Assembly (NCBI RefSeq): GCF_006345805.1 | Contig: NC_043000.1 | Coordinates: 154,752,001 to 154,816,000 of the forward strand | From: Octopus sinensis | Taxonomy: Eukaryota | Length of the DNA: 64,000 nucleotides | Direction: 5' to 3' | Shown: piece by piece, positions 13,428 to 26,852 of the stretch | Numbering within the stretch: position 1 is the stretch's first letter | Layout: each line of letters opens with the position of its first letter | Notes under the pieces: model-generated | The model's database searches: none | What the model was told of the DNA's origin: nothing | The model's input: only the letters and a program-made list of their open reading frames with translations | Translations under genes and position numbers: made by a program

Positions 13428-13461
<34 letters not shown>

Positions 13462-13598
13462 ATTATATATATATATATATATATATCAATAAATTTTTAA
13501 ACATAAATATTAATATTGATACCACTATTTTAAAAAACATTTAAAGTATCAAACATATAAATATGACAAATACATAACAAATACACAAATCATAAAAC

Positions 13599-13719
<121 letters not shown>

Positions 13720-13849
13720 GTCAGTTTACAAGGTGTGAATAAAATGCTGAAAAAAATAGAAGTCACAAAGAGAAAACGGTTGAAGATAGTGATAAAGAAC
13801 ATGAGAGACAAGGCAACAGAAACAAACATTGTATAACATATATATATAC

Positions 13850-13886
<37 letters not shown>

Positions 13887-14389
13887 GTGAGACTACTCAC
13901 TGTTAGTACTCGGAGAAATCTCAACATCACCACAAATAATTACACTGCATTTCTGTACTGTGTACTTTTTCCTTTGAATTTGAAGAATTCAAAAGTACAT
14001 ATATTTAAAGATAAATAGATAGCCAGATAGATTGATCAATTTGATGGAGAGAGAGACGGAGAGCAAGAGAGAGAGAGAGACCAACTAGCCGAGCAGGCAA
14101 CGAGGTAACAAAATAGAAATAAGAAAGAAAGAAGTAAGGAAGGAAGTAAGGAACTGAACCAAACTGACAACCAAGCAAGGAGGAAAGGAGAACGGTAAAA
14201 AGAGGGATAAGAGAATAAGGTATACAATGCCAAAAGAGGAAGGTTTAGAGAATTAGGTATGAAAAAACACTGATAAGTGATGGAAGTAAAAGAAACAGAC
14301 TTTCCAAAGCAGACCAGTTTTAGTAGTTGAGGAAAAAAGAGAAGAAACAAAACACACAGTACAGTAATATAAGAAAATGTTTAAAAAGT

Positions 14390-15090
14390 ACTTCTATTAA
14401 AACTGAGAATGTTCCCAAAGGCTTAGTCAGAAGTGGGGAGGCAGTATTTACAAGAGCTTTCAGAGCCTCCAAAACTGGTGAGAAGGAGGGAGGTGGTCAT
14501 CCTCAGATCAAAGACCTGGCCCAAATACTTGCAGTGGAATGGTTATCACAAAGCATCCAAGATCCAGGCAATAATATTAAATTGGTTTCCTGGTTAAGTC
14601 TACCACCCATGAAACATGACCACATCAATGGGCTAACAGAAACAGCTGATATTAATTTGCTAAAAAAATTGACAAAAATGGGTGGTAAATCTATTACACA
14701 CCAGGTCCATTAGTGTCTTTAGCAGAGCTCACTTTGGATCAGAATAGCTACCTCCACTTCAATTCTTCTACCCACCGTATGTCTCTAACAGTCATTGACC
14801 TGTGGATATTCAGGCTTCGGCATCAGTCTCACTAGCCTGGAAGGGACAGCAAAGGTCATTGGTACTGCTCTTCCATCCCTGACAAACTTAAAACATAAGA
14901 TATAGCTAAAAGAAGGAACCAAGTGTGGCTTCTTTGAGTGAAAGGAAAAGTTATAATTGTTTATGAACATTAAAAAGACATTTGGTAGGTTGAGACATGT
15001 AACACTCAAAATGTACTGTGGAGAAAATTAACAAGGAAAACTTATCATAAACCTGGCAATTAACAAGAGCAAAATAGACTGTAATTACAG
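14390..15090 (+). mobile_element. Possible degenerate L1/Tx1-like ORF2 remnant
   Basis: KEGGGHPQIKDLAQILAVEWL resembles the post-RT GGLG.P.I....A....WL motif; heavily decayed. Confidence 0.3.
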
Positions 15091-15176
15091 GTAATCTAGA
15101 AAGGAATTAACACATTTCCTGTCACTAATGGGACACACCTGAACCAAAATACCAGTGTCCAATAATATTTATATGA

Positions 15177-15594
15177 GGCGCAGGAGTGGTTGTGTGGTAA
15201 GTAGCTTGCTTACCAGCCACATGGTTCTGGGTTCAGTCCCACTGTGTGGCACCTTGGGCAAGTGTCTTCTACTATAGCCTCGGGCCGACCAAAGCCTTGT
15301 GAGTGGATTTGGTAGGCGGAAACTGAAAGAAACCCGTCGTATATATGTATATATATATGTATATGTGTGTGCGTATATGTTTGTGTGTCTGTGTTTGTCC
15401 CCCACAACATCGCTTGACAACCGATGATGGTGTGTTTACGTCCCTGTAACTTAGCGGTTCGGCAGAAGAGACCGATAGAATAAGTACAAGGCTTACAAAG
15501 AATAAGTCCCGGGGTCAATTTACTCGACTAAAGGTGGTGCTCCAGCATGGCCGCAGTCAAATGACTGAAATAAGTAAAAGAGAGTAAAAGAGTA
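15177..15594 (+). mobile_element. SINE family A, full length
   Basis: Family consensus match. Confidence 0.92.
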
Positions 15595-16746
15595 TTGATT
15601 TCTAACATAGGCAGAAGGACACACATTTTGAAAGGATGAAAAACAAAATCACCCTCATCAGGATCTGAATTTAGAGTGTGATGAAATATGGCTGAATACC
15701 ACAAAGCATTTTGTTTAATGCTTCAACATTTCTGCCATTCTACTGCTCACAGGAAGTTAAGAAAAAAACTCCCAAATCTGAGAAATGCATGTATGTGGGA
15801 ACCCTGAAGGTAAAAATGAATAAAGTAATAAAGGCATTGTTCCCATGGATAGATAACAAAAAAATTAGGCTGGCAGTTAACATTGATTTTTGTTTTTCTA
15901 TTTGAGGACACAGTATGGGAAGAAACACCAGCTGTTAGTTCAGTTTGGTAGATTTTCTATGAAAGTTTTATTATGTATTCATAATGATCTTGGTTACAAT
16001 CAATTATTAGTGAAAACACCTGTTCATGTTAAGCAAAGTTGAAAATATTTAGGTAAAGTACTATCTGGTTAAATCGTTACCATGTTTTAATAAGATGAAA
16101 TTATCTTCAACAACAGAGATGGCAGGAAGTGAATAACTCCTAAAAACGTATTAGGATTGCCTTTTTCTTTTTTTCTTTTTAACTTGTGCCTATGTATGCC
16201 TGTCTGTGGGTTTCCATGACAACTTTTAACAAGGGAAATTAACCTAGCAGAATGCCTCATTGAAACTTTTGATGGATTTGTGTTTTGCACTTCAAGTTAA
16301 CAACACTAACCAATTATAACACTGCTTTCATAGTGAACTGTATTCTGACATGATCACTATTTACATTTCAATGTATTAGGCTGGAGACAAAAACAGTGAG
16401 AGAATGAAGTGTCTTTGTGTTAAGCATTTGTAAAGTTTTGATGACAAGATGTGAATAGTCAACACTTGTTTCCAACACATCGACAGTAGCTGCAACTTAA
16501 CATTGATGATAAATACATTGTTAAATAAGCTAATGTTGAGAGTTTCTTTGCTGTTACCCGTTTTCTCTAATGTTGTTAAGCTCGTTAAGTGACCGCTGAA
16601 CTTCCATGTAATTGACAATTCTTTGTGCCTTTACTAAACCTTTACACAGTCACCAAAATTGATTTGCCACAGATAAGAGTCAAATCTCCTTGAACATTTC
16701 ATCCTAGTGTTCTTTACAGCAACAAAATAATTCTGAGGTCTATTTA

Positions 16747-16974
16747 AATAATAATAATAATAATAATTGTGTACAGTGCTCAGGTGCACTACAACTCATC
16801 TAAAGTGTATATATAATCAGGTGTAGTTTCGGCGGATTTCGGAAAGCATGAGGGCCTTAAAGGATGCAGTGTCATGGCAGTCAATAACTGACGCAGGCAG
16901 TTTATTCCATGCTTCAGCAACTCTGAGCGTGAAAAAAATGTTTTCGAAAGTCATGGGAGCTGTGTTGTTTTCTG
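16747..16974 (-). mobile_element. CR1-clade LINE 3' end fragment with (ATT)n tail
   Basis: Minus strand reads RKQHSSHDFRKHFF/TLRVAEAWNKLPASVIDC...SFK (CR1 FF..RV...WN.LP motif), then a short 3' UTR. Confidence 0.85.
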
Positions 16975-17962
16975 TACTCAGAGCTCAGTAATAATAAATA
17001 ACTCAACAATTACCTTATGGTTCATATAAAAGAAAGAATTATTGTTCGAAGTAAGAGAGTGAAACAGAAGTATATACAGCCCAAGAGAAATTTAGGAAGA
17101 GAGTAAGAAGATCAACACTGTTAATGAAATAGAACACTTTCAGCAGCAGCAGCAAGAATGAGGAGCACAAGGGTAGTTGAAAGGGGAACCTGTAGTGTAC
17201 CTCGGATAAGTAAAAGCATATTTGATTGGTTGAAATAAAGAATCTGATTTGGAAAACTAATTTTTTTTCAAAAATTTAATCATAATTATACTGATTTATA
17301 AATATTTCCAGTATATCATCTATATTGTCTGATACTATACTTTTAGATTATTTTGAGAATATCCTGTTTATTAGAAAAAAAAAAAAAAGAATAACATCAT
17401 CATCATCACTAAATTATTCTGGTAATTAGCAACTATTTTCATTCATGAATTGAAATCTGTGTTATGTTTTGGATTCCATGTGTATATAAAAGTGTGTCTG
17501 ATGGCAGACAAAGAAACAGTAAAATGGAGTCACTGATGCATTAAATGAAAAATGTAGGATGATTCTGTTGTTTTGACTTGAATGAAGAATAAGAGGCATT
17601 GAAATCTCTTTACATCCATGTTATAAATGGTTGCTACATTGAAGTAGAGCTGGTGATGGTGGTGGAGGCGGAGAGTAAGTTTACACTTAGTAGGAAATAT
17701 TTTATGCTAGTCACTAAACTGCTTACTCAGATAAAACAAGAACAATTGTTGTTGTTGTTGTTGTTGTTTAACCCCAGGTCATATCTAACTGCACAGACAT
17801 GTGATCAAAGGCATTCCAGTCATGCCTATCCCATCATTTTTTTTTTCCTTACAGACATTGTGTTTGTAATACTATATTATCCAGTGTTGCTTTCCACTTT
17901 TTAAAGGTAAGTAGGGTGTGATTTGGCACTATCTTCTAGCAGATCAAACAATCACATTATTG

Positions 17963-18266
17963 TTGTTTTGTTCCTTCTCGAGCCATGTCTGGCTCATAAG
18001 GGCCGGTTTCCCGGTTTCCTTGGTGTATAGGTTCCCCACCTGGACGGGACGCCGGTCCATCGCAGGTGAGCTGGAAGATGCAGAAGGAAAGAGTGAGAGA
18101 ATGTTGTGGCGAAAGAGTCAGCAGAAGTTCATCATTACCTTCTGCCGGAGCCACATGGAGCTTTGGTGTTTCACTCACAAGCACACACATTGCCCGGTCT
18201 GAGATTCGAACCCGCAATCCCTTAACTGCGAGTCCACTGCTCTAACCATTAGGCCATTTGCCTCCA
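17963..18266 (-). mobile_element. SINE family C, tail type GAAGGAACAAAAC
   Basis: Matches the 6918 copy; 15-bp TSD ACAATCACATTATTG at 17948-17962 and 18266-18280. Confidence 0.9.
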
Positions 18267-19500
18267 CAATCACATTATTGGATCATAGGGTAATTTATTT
18301 GCAGAAAAAAGTAGCGTGTCGGACTCACTGCACCAAAGCTTTAATTCTCAGAATAGTTTTGCTGTTGTCATATTCAGCACAAAGTCAGATCTGATTGAGC
18401 AAACCTATGATCAAAGGCACTCCAGCCGTGCCCATCTCTTTTTTTAGAGACATTTCCTATGTGCAGGGAACATAGGATTATGTTACTGAATATGACTTTT
18501 TCTAAGATGGTGGGATATAAGGTGCAAGATGTTTGGTAGCTATTTCTAACAAGATAAGGAAACATGTTGAGGCTCTCTCACTGGCTCCTGAAGCACATGC
18601 AATTAGAGAGGCGGGGCTGCAAATGGAATACATATTATGTGAAAGAGTGGCTAACAATTGGATCATATTTGATCTGTGGCAGTGAGCTAATGATAATGAT
18701 AGCATAGGCATAAAAGGCAAATTAACCATGAGGGTTGAGTTAAAATGAGCAGTTTACTGACAGTGACTGCTGCAGATGGACTGAGGGAAAAGTGATGGAA
18801 TCACACGTCTCAGGATTCTTCGCCTCAAAGCTAAGATGATGCAGGATTAAGATTAGTGGTGTTATTCTGTATAGCAGACAGGTCTAAACGCAAATGGTCA
18901 TTGAATTAATGATGATGAATATAATGATGAAAGCCATGCTAATGACTGAATTATGTGAATTAGCAAGGAAGTTAATTTTTGCTGATGGCTGTAGTTAAAT
19001 GAATTATAGTTAAGTGATGGCTCTAATTAAATGAAGTAACTGTAGTTTGTATTTAATAATTATTTTGTTGGCCATTGAGGTAGTGGTAGGAAAAGTAAAA
19101 GTAAGTCGGAAATCAACCCAGAAATTGACCAAACTCTTAAAAGCTTGTCTGGATAATATACATTCAGTGTTTTTGCCAACTCACAGAAAGATTGTAATTT
19201 TGAGTATATTAATATACATTTTCTGTTGATATTTACTGCTAAGCATTATTTAATGCTTGAAATATTGATTAAAATAGATATATCATAAAAGTTGTGTATG
19301 TGTATATGCATGTATGTGTATGTGTGCATGCACATGCACACGTGTGTGTATGCATGCCTGTGTGCATGACTGCATACATGTGTGTGTGTGTTAACTCCAT
19401 TATCATTGTATTTATGTTAAGCTGAGAGAAGTGCAGTCTGGGAAATAGGCAGAGAATCTTAAGTCAATGCCCAGAGAATACTACACGTACACACACATGA

Positions 19501-19531
<31 letters not shown>

Positions 19532-19537
19532 ATCTAT

Positions 19538-19538
19538 C

Positions 19539-19613
<75 letters not shown>

Positions 19614-19653
19614 ATGTGTGTGTGTGTATGTATGTATATATATTGTGTATGGG

Positions 19654-19689
<36 letters not shown>

Positions 19690-19782
19690 ATATTATATAT
19701 ATATATATGTACATGCGTGCACACACATACACTATATATGTGTATATATGCATGTGTATGTATGTATGTATGTATGTATGTA
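19538..19782. repeat. Compound (TA)n/(TG)n/(TATG)n microsatellite
   Basis: Direct; similar fields at 42730-43090, 56745-56970, 58465-58730, 58995-59130, 60160-60930 and 62800-64000. Confidence 0.95.
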
Positions 19783-20005
19783 ATTTATCCTATTTCTATA
19801 ACATCATAATTAGAGTTTTGTGATTTCAACAATCCTATAAAATATGATTTAACATTAAATCATAACCATTATTAAGAAATAATCTTGAATCTTGACACTA
19901 AAAAAAAAAAGTGTTCTAAGAAATTCAGTTAATCATCTTATAATCTAATCGCACTTTCATTTCAACCAATCAAATGTCTGCCCAGGAGAAGTCCCTTATA
20001 CTAAC

Positions 20006-20131
20006 CAGGGAATTTATTACGATCAACATAGGATAATCCTAAGACGCTTTGTGGATTACAAGGAGGCAAAGTGTCATCATTTTCAGTGTGGTTTAACATC
20101 ACCAATGGGATTGCTTCCTCTGTAGTCCTGC
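20006..20131 (-). CDS. Candidate isolated 126-nt phase 1-1 exon (RTTEEAIPLVMLNHTENDDTLPPCNPQSVLGLSYVDRNKFP), product unknown
   Basis: T-rich tract with CTAAT then ...tatatctag|G acceptor; one open frame; CCTG|gttagt donor; unique sequence; no recognised homology. Confidence 0.35.
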
Positions 20132-20436
20132 CTAGATATACAAATCATAGAAAATACAAAATAAAGAATTAGAATCTAAAAAACCAAAACTAACATAAAG
20201 AACAAAAAAAAATTTATATAAATGTCCATTGGATAGTATAGATTTTGATGGGAAATCTCAAAGCAGCAGTCCTTTGATAGCTCCAGCTCCTGGGGATATT
20301 GATGTCTAAGTTTTAAAGAAACAAATACTTGTCATTGCAATTTATTTTTGTGAGATATTTTCCATGGAAGAAATTTCTGTTTGTTTACTTGAAAGAAAGG
20401 TGAATGTTTGAAATTTAATACTATGAAAATATTTAG

Positions 20437-20467
<31 letters not shown>

Positions 20468-20748
20468 TAATCAATATTTTAGTTATCTCAATAAATAAAT
20501 GTGATAAACGGAAGTGATATTTTGAGTTTTCATTCATAAAAGTATCTAAAAATATTGGTTGTTGATTTTCTTTGGATTTACAAGGAAGGAGAGGAAATGG
20601 GAATTGTAATCTTTCAACTTTTATCATTTATTTGTTTCAGTCATAGCAATACTGATACTGTAGTGAAGTATCAATAGGCCCACTGAAACATCGGGGATAA
20701 TAATGATGATAATAATAATAATAATAATGATAATAATAATAATAATAA

Positions 20749-21191
20749 TTCTGCTCAATACCACAGATTTGCTTGTCAGTTGTTTGACCTTAACCAGTTG
20801 AGCATGTCCCTTAGTGGCTGACAATACGTGCATCTCTGATCATGGGCAGAAGTAGTGGGGGAGCATCATAACCATGTGTTGAGAGGGATTCTTTGGAGTT
20901 TGAATAATTCACCTCTGGAAACATAGGTGTTTCGTTCAACATCCTAAAGCAGCCCTTATTCAGGGATCTTTTGAGCAGGATGGGCTACTCGACCTGAAGA
21001 AAATTCTAACTGGGCTCCACCTGCAAGGTCATGTGCTGTTTATCTTGATATAAGATCACCATGTTGCGCACATATGGTTGTGATGCATGTGCCTGGTGTA
21101 CCCTTATCAGACGGGTAGTCATGATGGGTATGCTGGGCTTCGTATATTTTACCCCAGTGTCACTTTGATGGCATGCACTGCTCTCTCACTC
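20749..21191 (+). mobile_element. Non-coding element X, truncated copy, flanked by (AAT)n
   Basis: Aligns to 27060-27503 and shares its right end. Confidence 0.85.
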
Positions 21192-21276
<85 letters not shown>

Positions 21277-21359
21277 TAATAATAATGATAACAACAATAA
21301 TCCTTCTGTGTCCAATGGACAAGCCTTACTATATATGATCATGGCATCTCTTATATTAT

Positions 21360-21900
21360 AAGGAATATAAGGAATATAAGACAATATAGCAAGGCTTGTC
21401 CATTGGACACTTTGCAACAAGTATGGTCTTGACAGAGAAAAAAATTGGTATGACCACAAACCTGAAGGCATCATCAAAAATAATAATGCAAAGATCCTGT
21501 AAGATTTTATGATTCAGTGCATCCATGAGATAGAGAATAGGAAGCCAGACATAGTCTTAATTGAGAAAGAAAACAAACTATGCTGGATCATAGATAAAGC
21601 ATACCCAGCTGACAACTGGGTATGTGATAACGAAGAAAGAAAAGTCGATAGATATGACAAGTTAGCTTGGGAGGTTAAGCAGTTGTTGTCGATGGAAAAG
21701 GTGGTAGTAGTACCAATAACTGTCTGAGCCCTGGGAACAGAGAGTAAAAATCTTGAGAAGTACATGGAACAAATAGGGGCTGCAATAAGGGTGGAGCACT
21801 TGCAGAAAACAGCACTGCTTGGACCCGCTGGAATACTCTGGAAGGTTCTTGAAAAATAAGAGGTGTTACCTTAGTTCACTGGTAGTGAACAGCTGACACT
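21360..21900 (+). mobile_element. R4/Dong-clade LINE 3' fragment (second, older family)
   Basis: DNIARLVHWTLC..WYDHKPE..RKPDIVL..IID..KVDRY..VVVPITV*ALG..LQKTALLG: restriction-like endonuclease domain with in-frame stops; follows (AAT)n. Confidence 0.9.
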
Positions 21901-22072
21901 AGGTATCATGTCTTCCATGATAGTTAACTTCCAAGTACCAAAGATTATAGTTTGTGGAAAGAACCCCAGTGAAACCTCTGACAACAGGTTGCTGTCTGCT
22001 CTCACAGAATCAACTAGAGCAAATAAGACTTAGAACTATGAGAAGTAAAATAATGAAAATAATAATAATAAC

Positions 22073-22129
<57 letters not shown>

Positions 22130-23216
22130 TGCTTTTGATGAAGGCACAAGGTTGGCAAATTTGAGAGGAAGGGTTAGAAAATACTATCACCTCAGTAGCT
22201 GGATTTATCAACTCTGGAGAGATGAAAAGTAAAGTTGACCGTGATAAGATTTGAACTTTGAATGTAAAGAGCTGGGATGAATACCTCAAGGCATTCCTTT
22301 CTGATGCACTAATGATTTTGATGATCCAGATTCTGGACTAAAACTTTTGCTCACAGTACCTAAACTTCTCAGTGACCACTCATCTATGTACTAGCTAGGC
22401 TTGGTATTGTTTAACATTAGTGATAAGACAAAAATATTGAAGTTAAGTGAGTGTATATGGAAGAGAATGGAGTGGAGCTATCAAAAAACCTGAAATAAAG
22501 TGATATTAGGTGTTAAGGTTTAGTTTTCAGCATTTACAATGATTGAAATAAAACTGACATGACAAATAAAAAAAGAAATCAAAATAAAACAGACATGACA
22601 AATAAATAAAATCATAATAAACAAATAAAACTAAAAATCATGAAGTCAAAAATCATAAAAGCAAATTGAAACAAAACTCTAATAACAAAAGGAAATTTGC
22701 ATTCAGATTTTCAAACAAAATTAAAGTATGTGATATATAAATAAATAAAATGTTTAATTAATAATTAGTATTAATTAATAACAAGAACAATTACAAAACA
22801 AAGGAAAAAAGTCATACATTTGTTAGATATAAAAAATAATATTTGTGCACAATTGTGATAGGTCTAACATATGAGGTCATCCAAGCAATTAGTCGATAAA
22901 AACTTCTTTCAGGAGTGTTTAAAATCTAAAATGAAATACAAGCAAGGGTCATAACTCCAACAAGATCAGTTAGTTGAAATTTTTAGACAAATATACACAA
23001 TGCATATTAGAGTAGACTTTTATCATTAAAGCCAAATAGTGAAAGCAATGAACTTGTTTTGGTATCATTAAACTTCTTTAAGGCAAGCATGGTTTACTCT
23101 GTAGGCTTGGCAAGATTAAAAGTGATCAGCATATATATATATAATTAGATATATGTATGTATGTGTGTATATATACACATATATATATATACATATAGAT
23201 GATGATGATGACGATG

Positions 23217-23250
<34 letters not shown>

Positions 23251-23404
23251 TATATATATACACTCACACACATATATATACATATAGATGATGATGATAT
23301 ATATATTGTCAATAATAAAATGGTAAAATTAATTAATTATTAATTATCAATTTTACCAAGTAGTGTTCAGTATGTAAAAAGACCATTTACGGTATATTTA
23401 AAAC

Positions 23405-23604
23405 ATTACGTTATATAATTAGGGTTCAGTAAAATAATTTACTTTATCACACACCAAACTTTTAGAAATAGCAGCCAACAGCAGACAATTGTCTGGGAGA
23501 CTTTTCTTATAGTAGAGGAAATAGCTAAAATTTTTTGGCTGCTATTTCTAAAAGTTTGGTGTGTGGTAAAGTAAATTATTTTACTGAACCCTAATTATAT
23601 AACG

Positions 23605-23608
<4 letters not shown>
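23405..23608. repeat. Near-perfect inverted repeat (74-nt arms, 1 mismatch, 56-nt spacer) in (TA)n
   Basis: 23405-23478 is the reverse complement of 23535-23608. Confidence 0.92.
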
Positions 23609-23649
<41 letters not shown>

Positions 23650-24044
23650 GAGAGAGAGAGAGAGAGAGAGGGAGGGAGAGAGGGAGGGAGAGAGGGAGGG
23701 AGAGAAATGAAATTTATTATGAATATGAAAAAGAAAAACCCCAAAACACCGAGAGAACTACATCAGAGCAAAGTTCAGGATATAAAGACAAATATAGTTG
23801 GGAATCTTACATGTGTAACACAGTGATTTGTGAATTGAGATTCATGATTGTTTCTTCATAAACGATTTTATATATTAGTCGTCCACAAACATGAGCACAC
23901 ATGCGTGCACATGTGCATGGACACACACACATACACACAACACACACACACACACACAATAAGATGTGGGGAAAAACAGAAATGCATGACACATGATTGC
24001 TAACAAAACGTGTGGAGTTGATCATGAATAAAGTAAGCCATCCA

Positions 24045-24447
24045 TGTTCTTTTAATGGAAATTGCAGCTGTGGTTAAGCGAACCATCCGATCATAGCCAT
24101 TGCCAGCGCCACCCCGACTGGCCTCCGTGCCGGTGGCACGTAAAAGCACCATCCTTTCGTGGCCGTTTGCCAATCTCGCCTGGCCCCGTGCCGGTGGCAC
24201 GTAAAAGCACCATCCGTTCGTAGCCGTTTGCCAGCTCCGTCTGGCACCTGTGCAGGTGGCACGTAAAAAGCACCCACTACACTCACGGAGTGGTTGGATG
24301 TTAGGAAGGGCATCCAGCCGTAGAAACACTGCCAGATCAGACTGGGTCTGATGCAGCCTTCTGGCTTCGCAGACCCCAGTTGAACCGTCCAACCCATGCT
24401 AGCATGGAAAGCGGACGTTAAACAATGATGATGATGATGATGATGAT
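24045..24447 (+). mobile_element. SINE family D with internal ~60-bp tandem subrepeats and (GAT)n tail
   Basis: TGCCGGTGGCACGTAAAAGCACC recurs near 24128, 24189 and 24251; core TTAGGAAGGGCATCCAGCCGTAGAAAC. Confidence 0.88.
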
Positions 24448-24729
24448 TTGTCTTGAAATCTGACATACTCACTCAAATTAGATTTCATTATATCTTTAAG
24501 CCATTTAATATCAAGAGGTATTAATGGAAGAAAACAAAAAAAACTCAGATATACATTGTCTGTACTATTTGCTCCTATAAATTATTGCAATATGCTAATA
24601 TATGGAGCATTCTAATTAGAAGATTCAGACTGATATTAGGTGTTAAGATATTTAATAATAACACCAATGCTGAAACTATATACTTTCAGGCATTTGGTCT
24701 GATGCTCCACTCTTTCAGAGAAATCATCA

Positions 24730-24767
<38 letters not shown>

Positions 24768-26632
24768 GACTATAAAAAGGCTTTTGATAGCCTACCACAT
24801 AGCTGGATTAGGAAATGCCTTGAAATGTATAAGATAGCACCAACTCTGCGAAACTTCTTGACTGTAAGTATGAGATCATGGAGAACCACACTAACTCTGA
24901 ACAGTGACAGTGAATCCCTAAATGCTGGTGATGTAAAAATTTTGTGTGGCATTTTCCAGGGTGACTCACTGTCACCACTCCTCTTTTGTTTATCCTTAAT
25001 GCCTCTCTCAAAGCTGCTCAATGACGCGCAGTACGGGTATAAAATGTTTGATAAAAATATAAATCATCTCGTTTACATGGATGATTTAAAGCTTTTTGCA
25101 AAAAATGATCAACAACTCAAGGGCTTACTAGCGATAGTCAAACAATTCAGTGACAACATCAGAATGCAATTCGGCCTCGATAAATGTGCAAAGGCTACCT
25201 TTATCAAAGGAAAAATGACAGAAACATCTAACGTTAACCTTGACCAACAGAATGTCATAAAAGAACTAGACCCAGCGGAGAGCTACAAGTACCTAGGGGT
25301 AATTGAAGGGAACGGAATAAGGCATTCAGAGATGAAGGAAAGGATCAGGAGAGAATGCTATCGAAGAGTGAGAGCAATACTCAAGACTGAGCTGAATGCA
25401 AGAAACAGGATCGAAGCAATCAATGCATTAGCTATACCAGTCGTGACTTACAGTTTCAATATTGTTAACTGGTCAATTACTGAAATATGTCAGCTCGACA
25501 GAAAAATAAGGAAACTGTTGACAATGCATAGAATGCACCACCCTAAGGCAGATACAGAACGACTCTATCTGCCAAGAAAAGAGGGAGGCCATGGTCTTTT
25601 GCAACTGGCAATAACAATGAAGATTGCTACAATTGGCCTAGACACCTACCTGAAAAACTCTGAGGACTGGATGTTAAAACTTGTCTCAAAACATGAAAAC
25701 AAGAAAGCATCATACTCAGTCACAAAACAGGCAAAGGAATATCTAAGTGAATTCCGAATACAACCAATTTCGGAATTAGAGATAGACATACAAGAAACAA
25801 GCACAGAAAAAGCTAGGCGCATGAAAACCCGTGCCAAAACTGCGGCCTTAGATATTCTGAATAATAAATGGCAAGAAAAACCTCTCTATGGCAAATACCC
25901 AAAGAGAGCGAATAATGCAGATATCGACAAAGCCCTGACCCATCAATGGCTAATGGCCTCTGGCTTAAAATCTGAAACAGAGGGGTTTATCATAGCAGCT
26001 CAAGATCAATGCCTACCAACAAGAAACTACCAGGCCAACATATTAAAGATCAGAAGCAGTCCAACGTGTCGTGTATGCAAGCAACAAAATGAAACCATTG
26101 ACCATGTGGTCTCCAAGTGCAGTCTTCTAGCGCCTACAGAGTATCTCAACAGGCACGATAGAGCTGCACAATATATTCACTGGGTAATCTGTAAAAACCT
26201 GGATTTGCCCCATGAAAAAAACTGGTGGGAACACAAACCACCCCCAGTGCTTGAAAATGACCACATCTCACTCCTCTGGAACTTCACCATTCAAACTGAC
26301 AGGAAGATAGATGCAAATAGGCCAGACATCATATTGAAAGACTTCAAACAAAGAACATGCCTCCTCATTGATATGACTGTCCCAATCGATATAAACGTAT
26401 CTGTCAGGACCTACCAAAAACTGAGCAAATATAAAGATCTTGAAATAGAAATCAGCAAAATGTGGAAGCTGAAGACTAAAACAATACCTGTTGTCATAGG
26501 TGCCCTGGAATGATAGCAAAAGGGGCTGATAGCTACCTAACTCAGATACCAGGAAACCCAAAAATGGCAGAAGTTCAAAAGATAGTGCTCATGGGAACTG
26601 CTCATATCCTACGCAAAATACTCTCTATGTAA
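24768..26632 (+). pseudogene. Dong-like ORF remnant: RT (DYKKAFD, GIFQGDSLSP, YMDD), CCHC knuckle (CRVC..HVVSKC), RHD, PD-(D/E)xK endonuclease (RPDII..LIDMTVP..KLSKY)
   Basis: Frame open from GAC at 24768, upstream of the listed ATG; 1-bp deletion near 26508, after which GMIAKG...ILRKILSM* ends at TAA 26630-26632. Confidence 0.93.
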
Positions 26633-26852
26633 CCTCAAGGTTTAAAACAACCATAATTTTCGGTTTAAAAAAAAAAAAAAAAAAAAAACTTTTTTTTTTT
26701 TTTAAACATTCATTAGTACAACATCCCCACCCCCCAAATATATGGCACACTAGGCATAACAACAACATGAACTTCCAACCCTGTTGTCTCTTGAGGTATC
26801 TGGGTGAGACTTGGAGCCAACTTGTACAAATATAAAGCAAAAGTCAAACATA
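24768..26852 (+). mobile_element. 5'-truncated R4/Dong-clade non-LTR retrotransposon inserted in (TAA)n
   Basis: RT, CCHC and RLE domains; (AAT)n on both sides (24731-24767 and 26853-26946); 3' UTR 26633-26852. Confidence 0.95.

Noticed and set aside
24120-24275. Repeat-spacer-like periodicity suggesting CRISPR
   Set aside because: Eukaryotic SINE-internal tandem repeat; intervening sequences are homologous to each other and there are no cas genes
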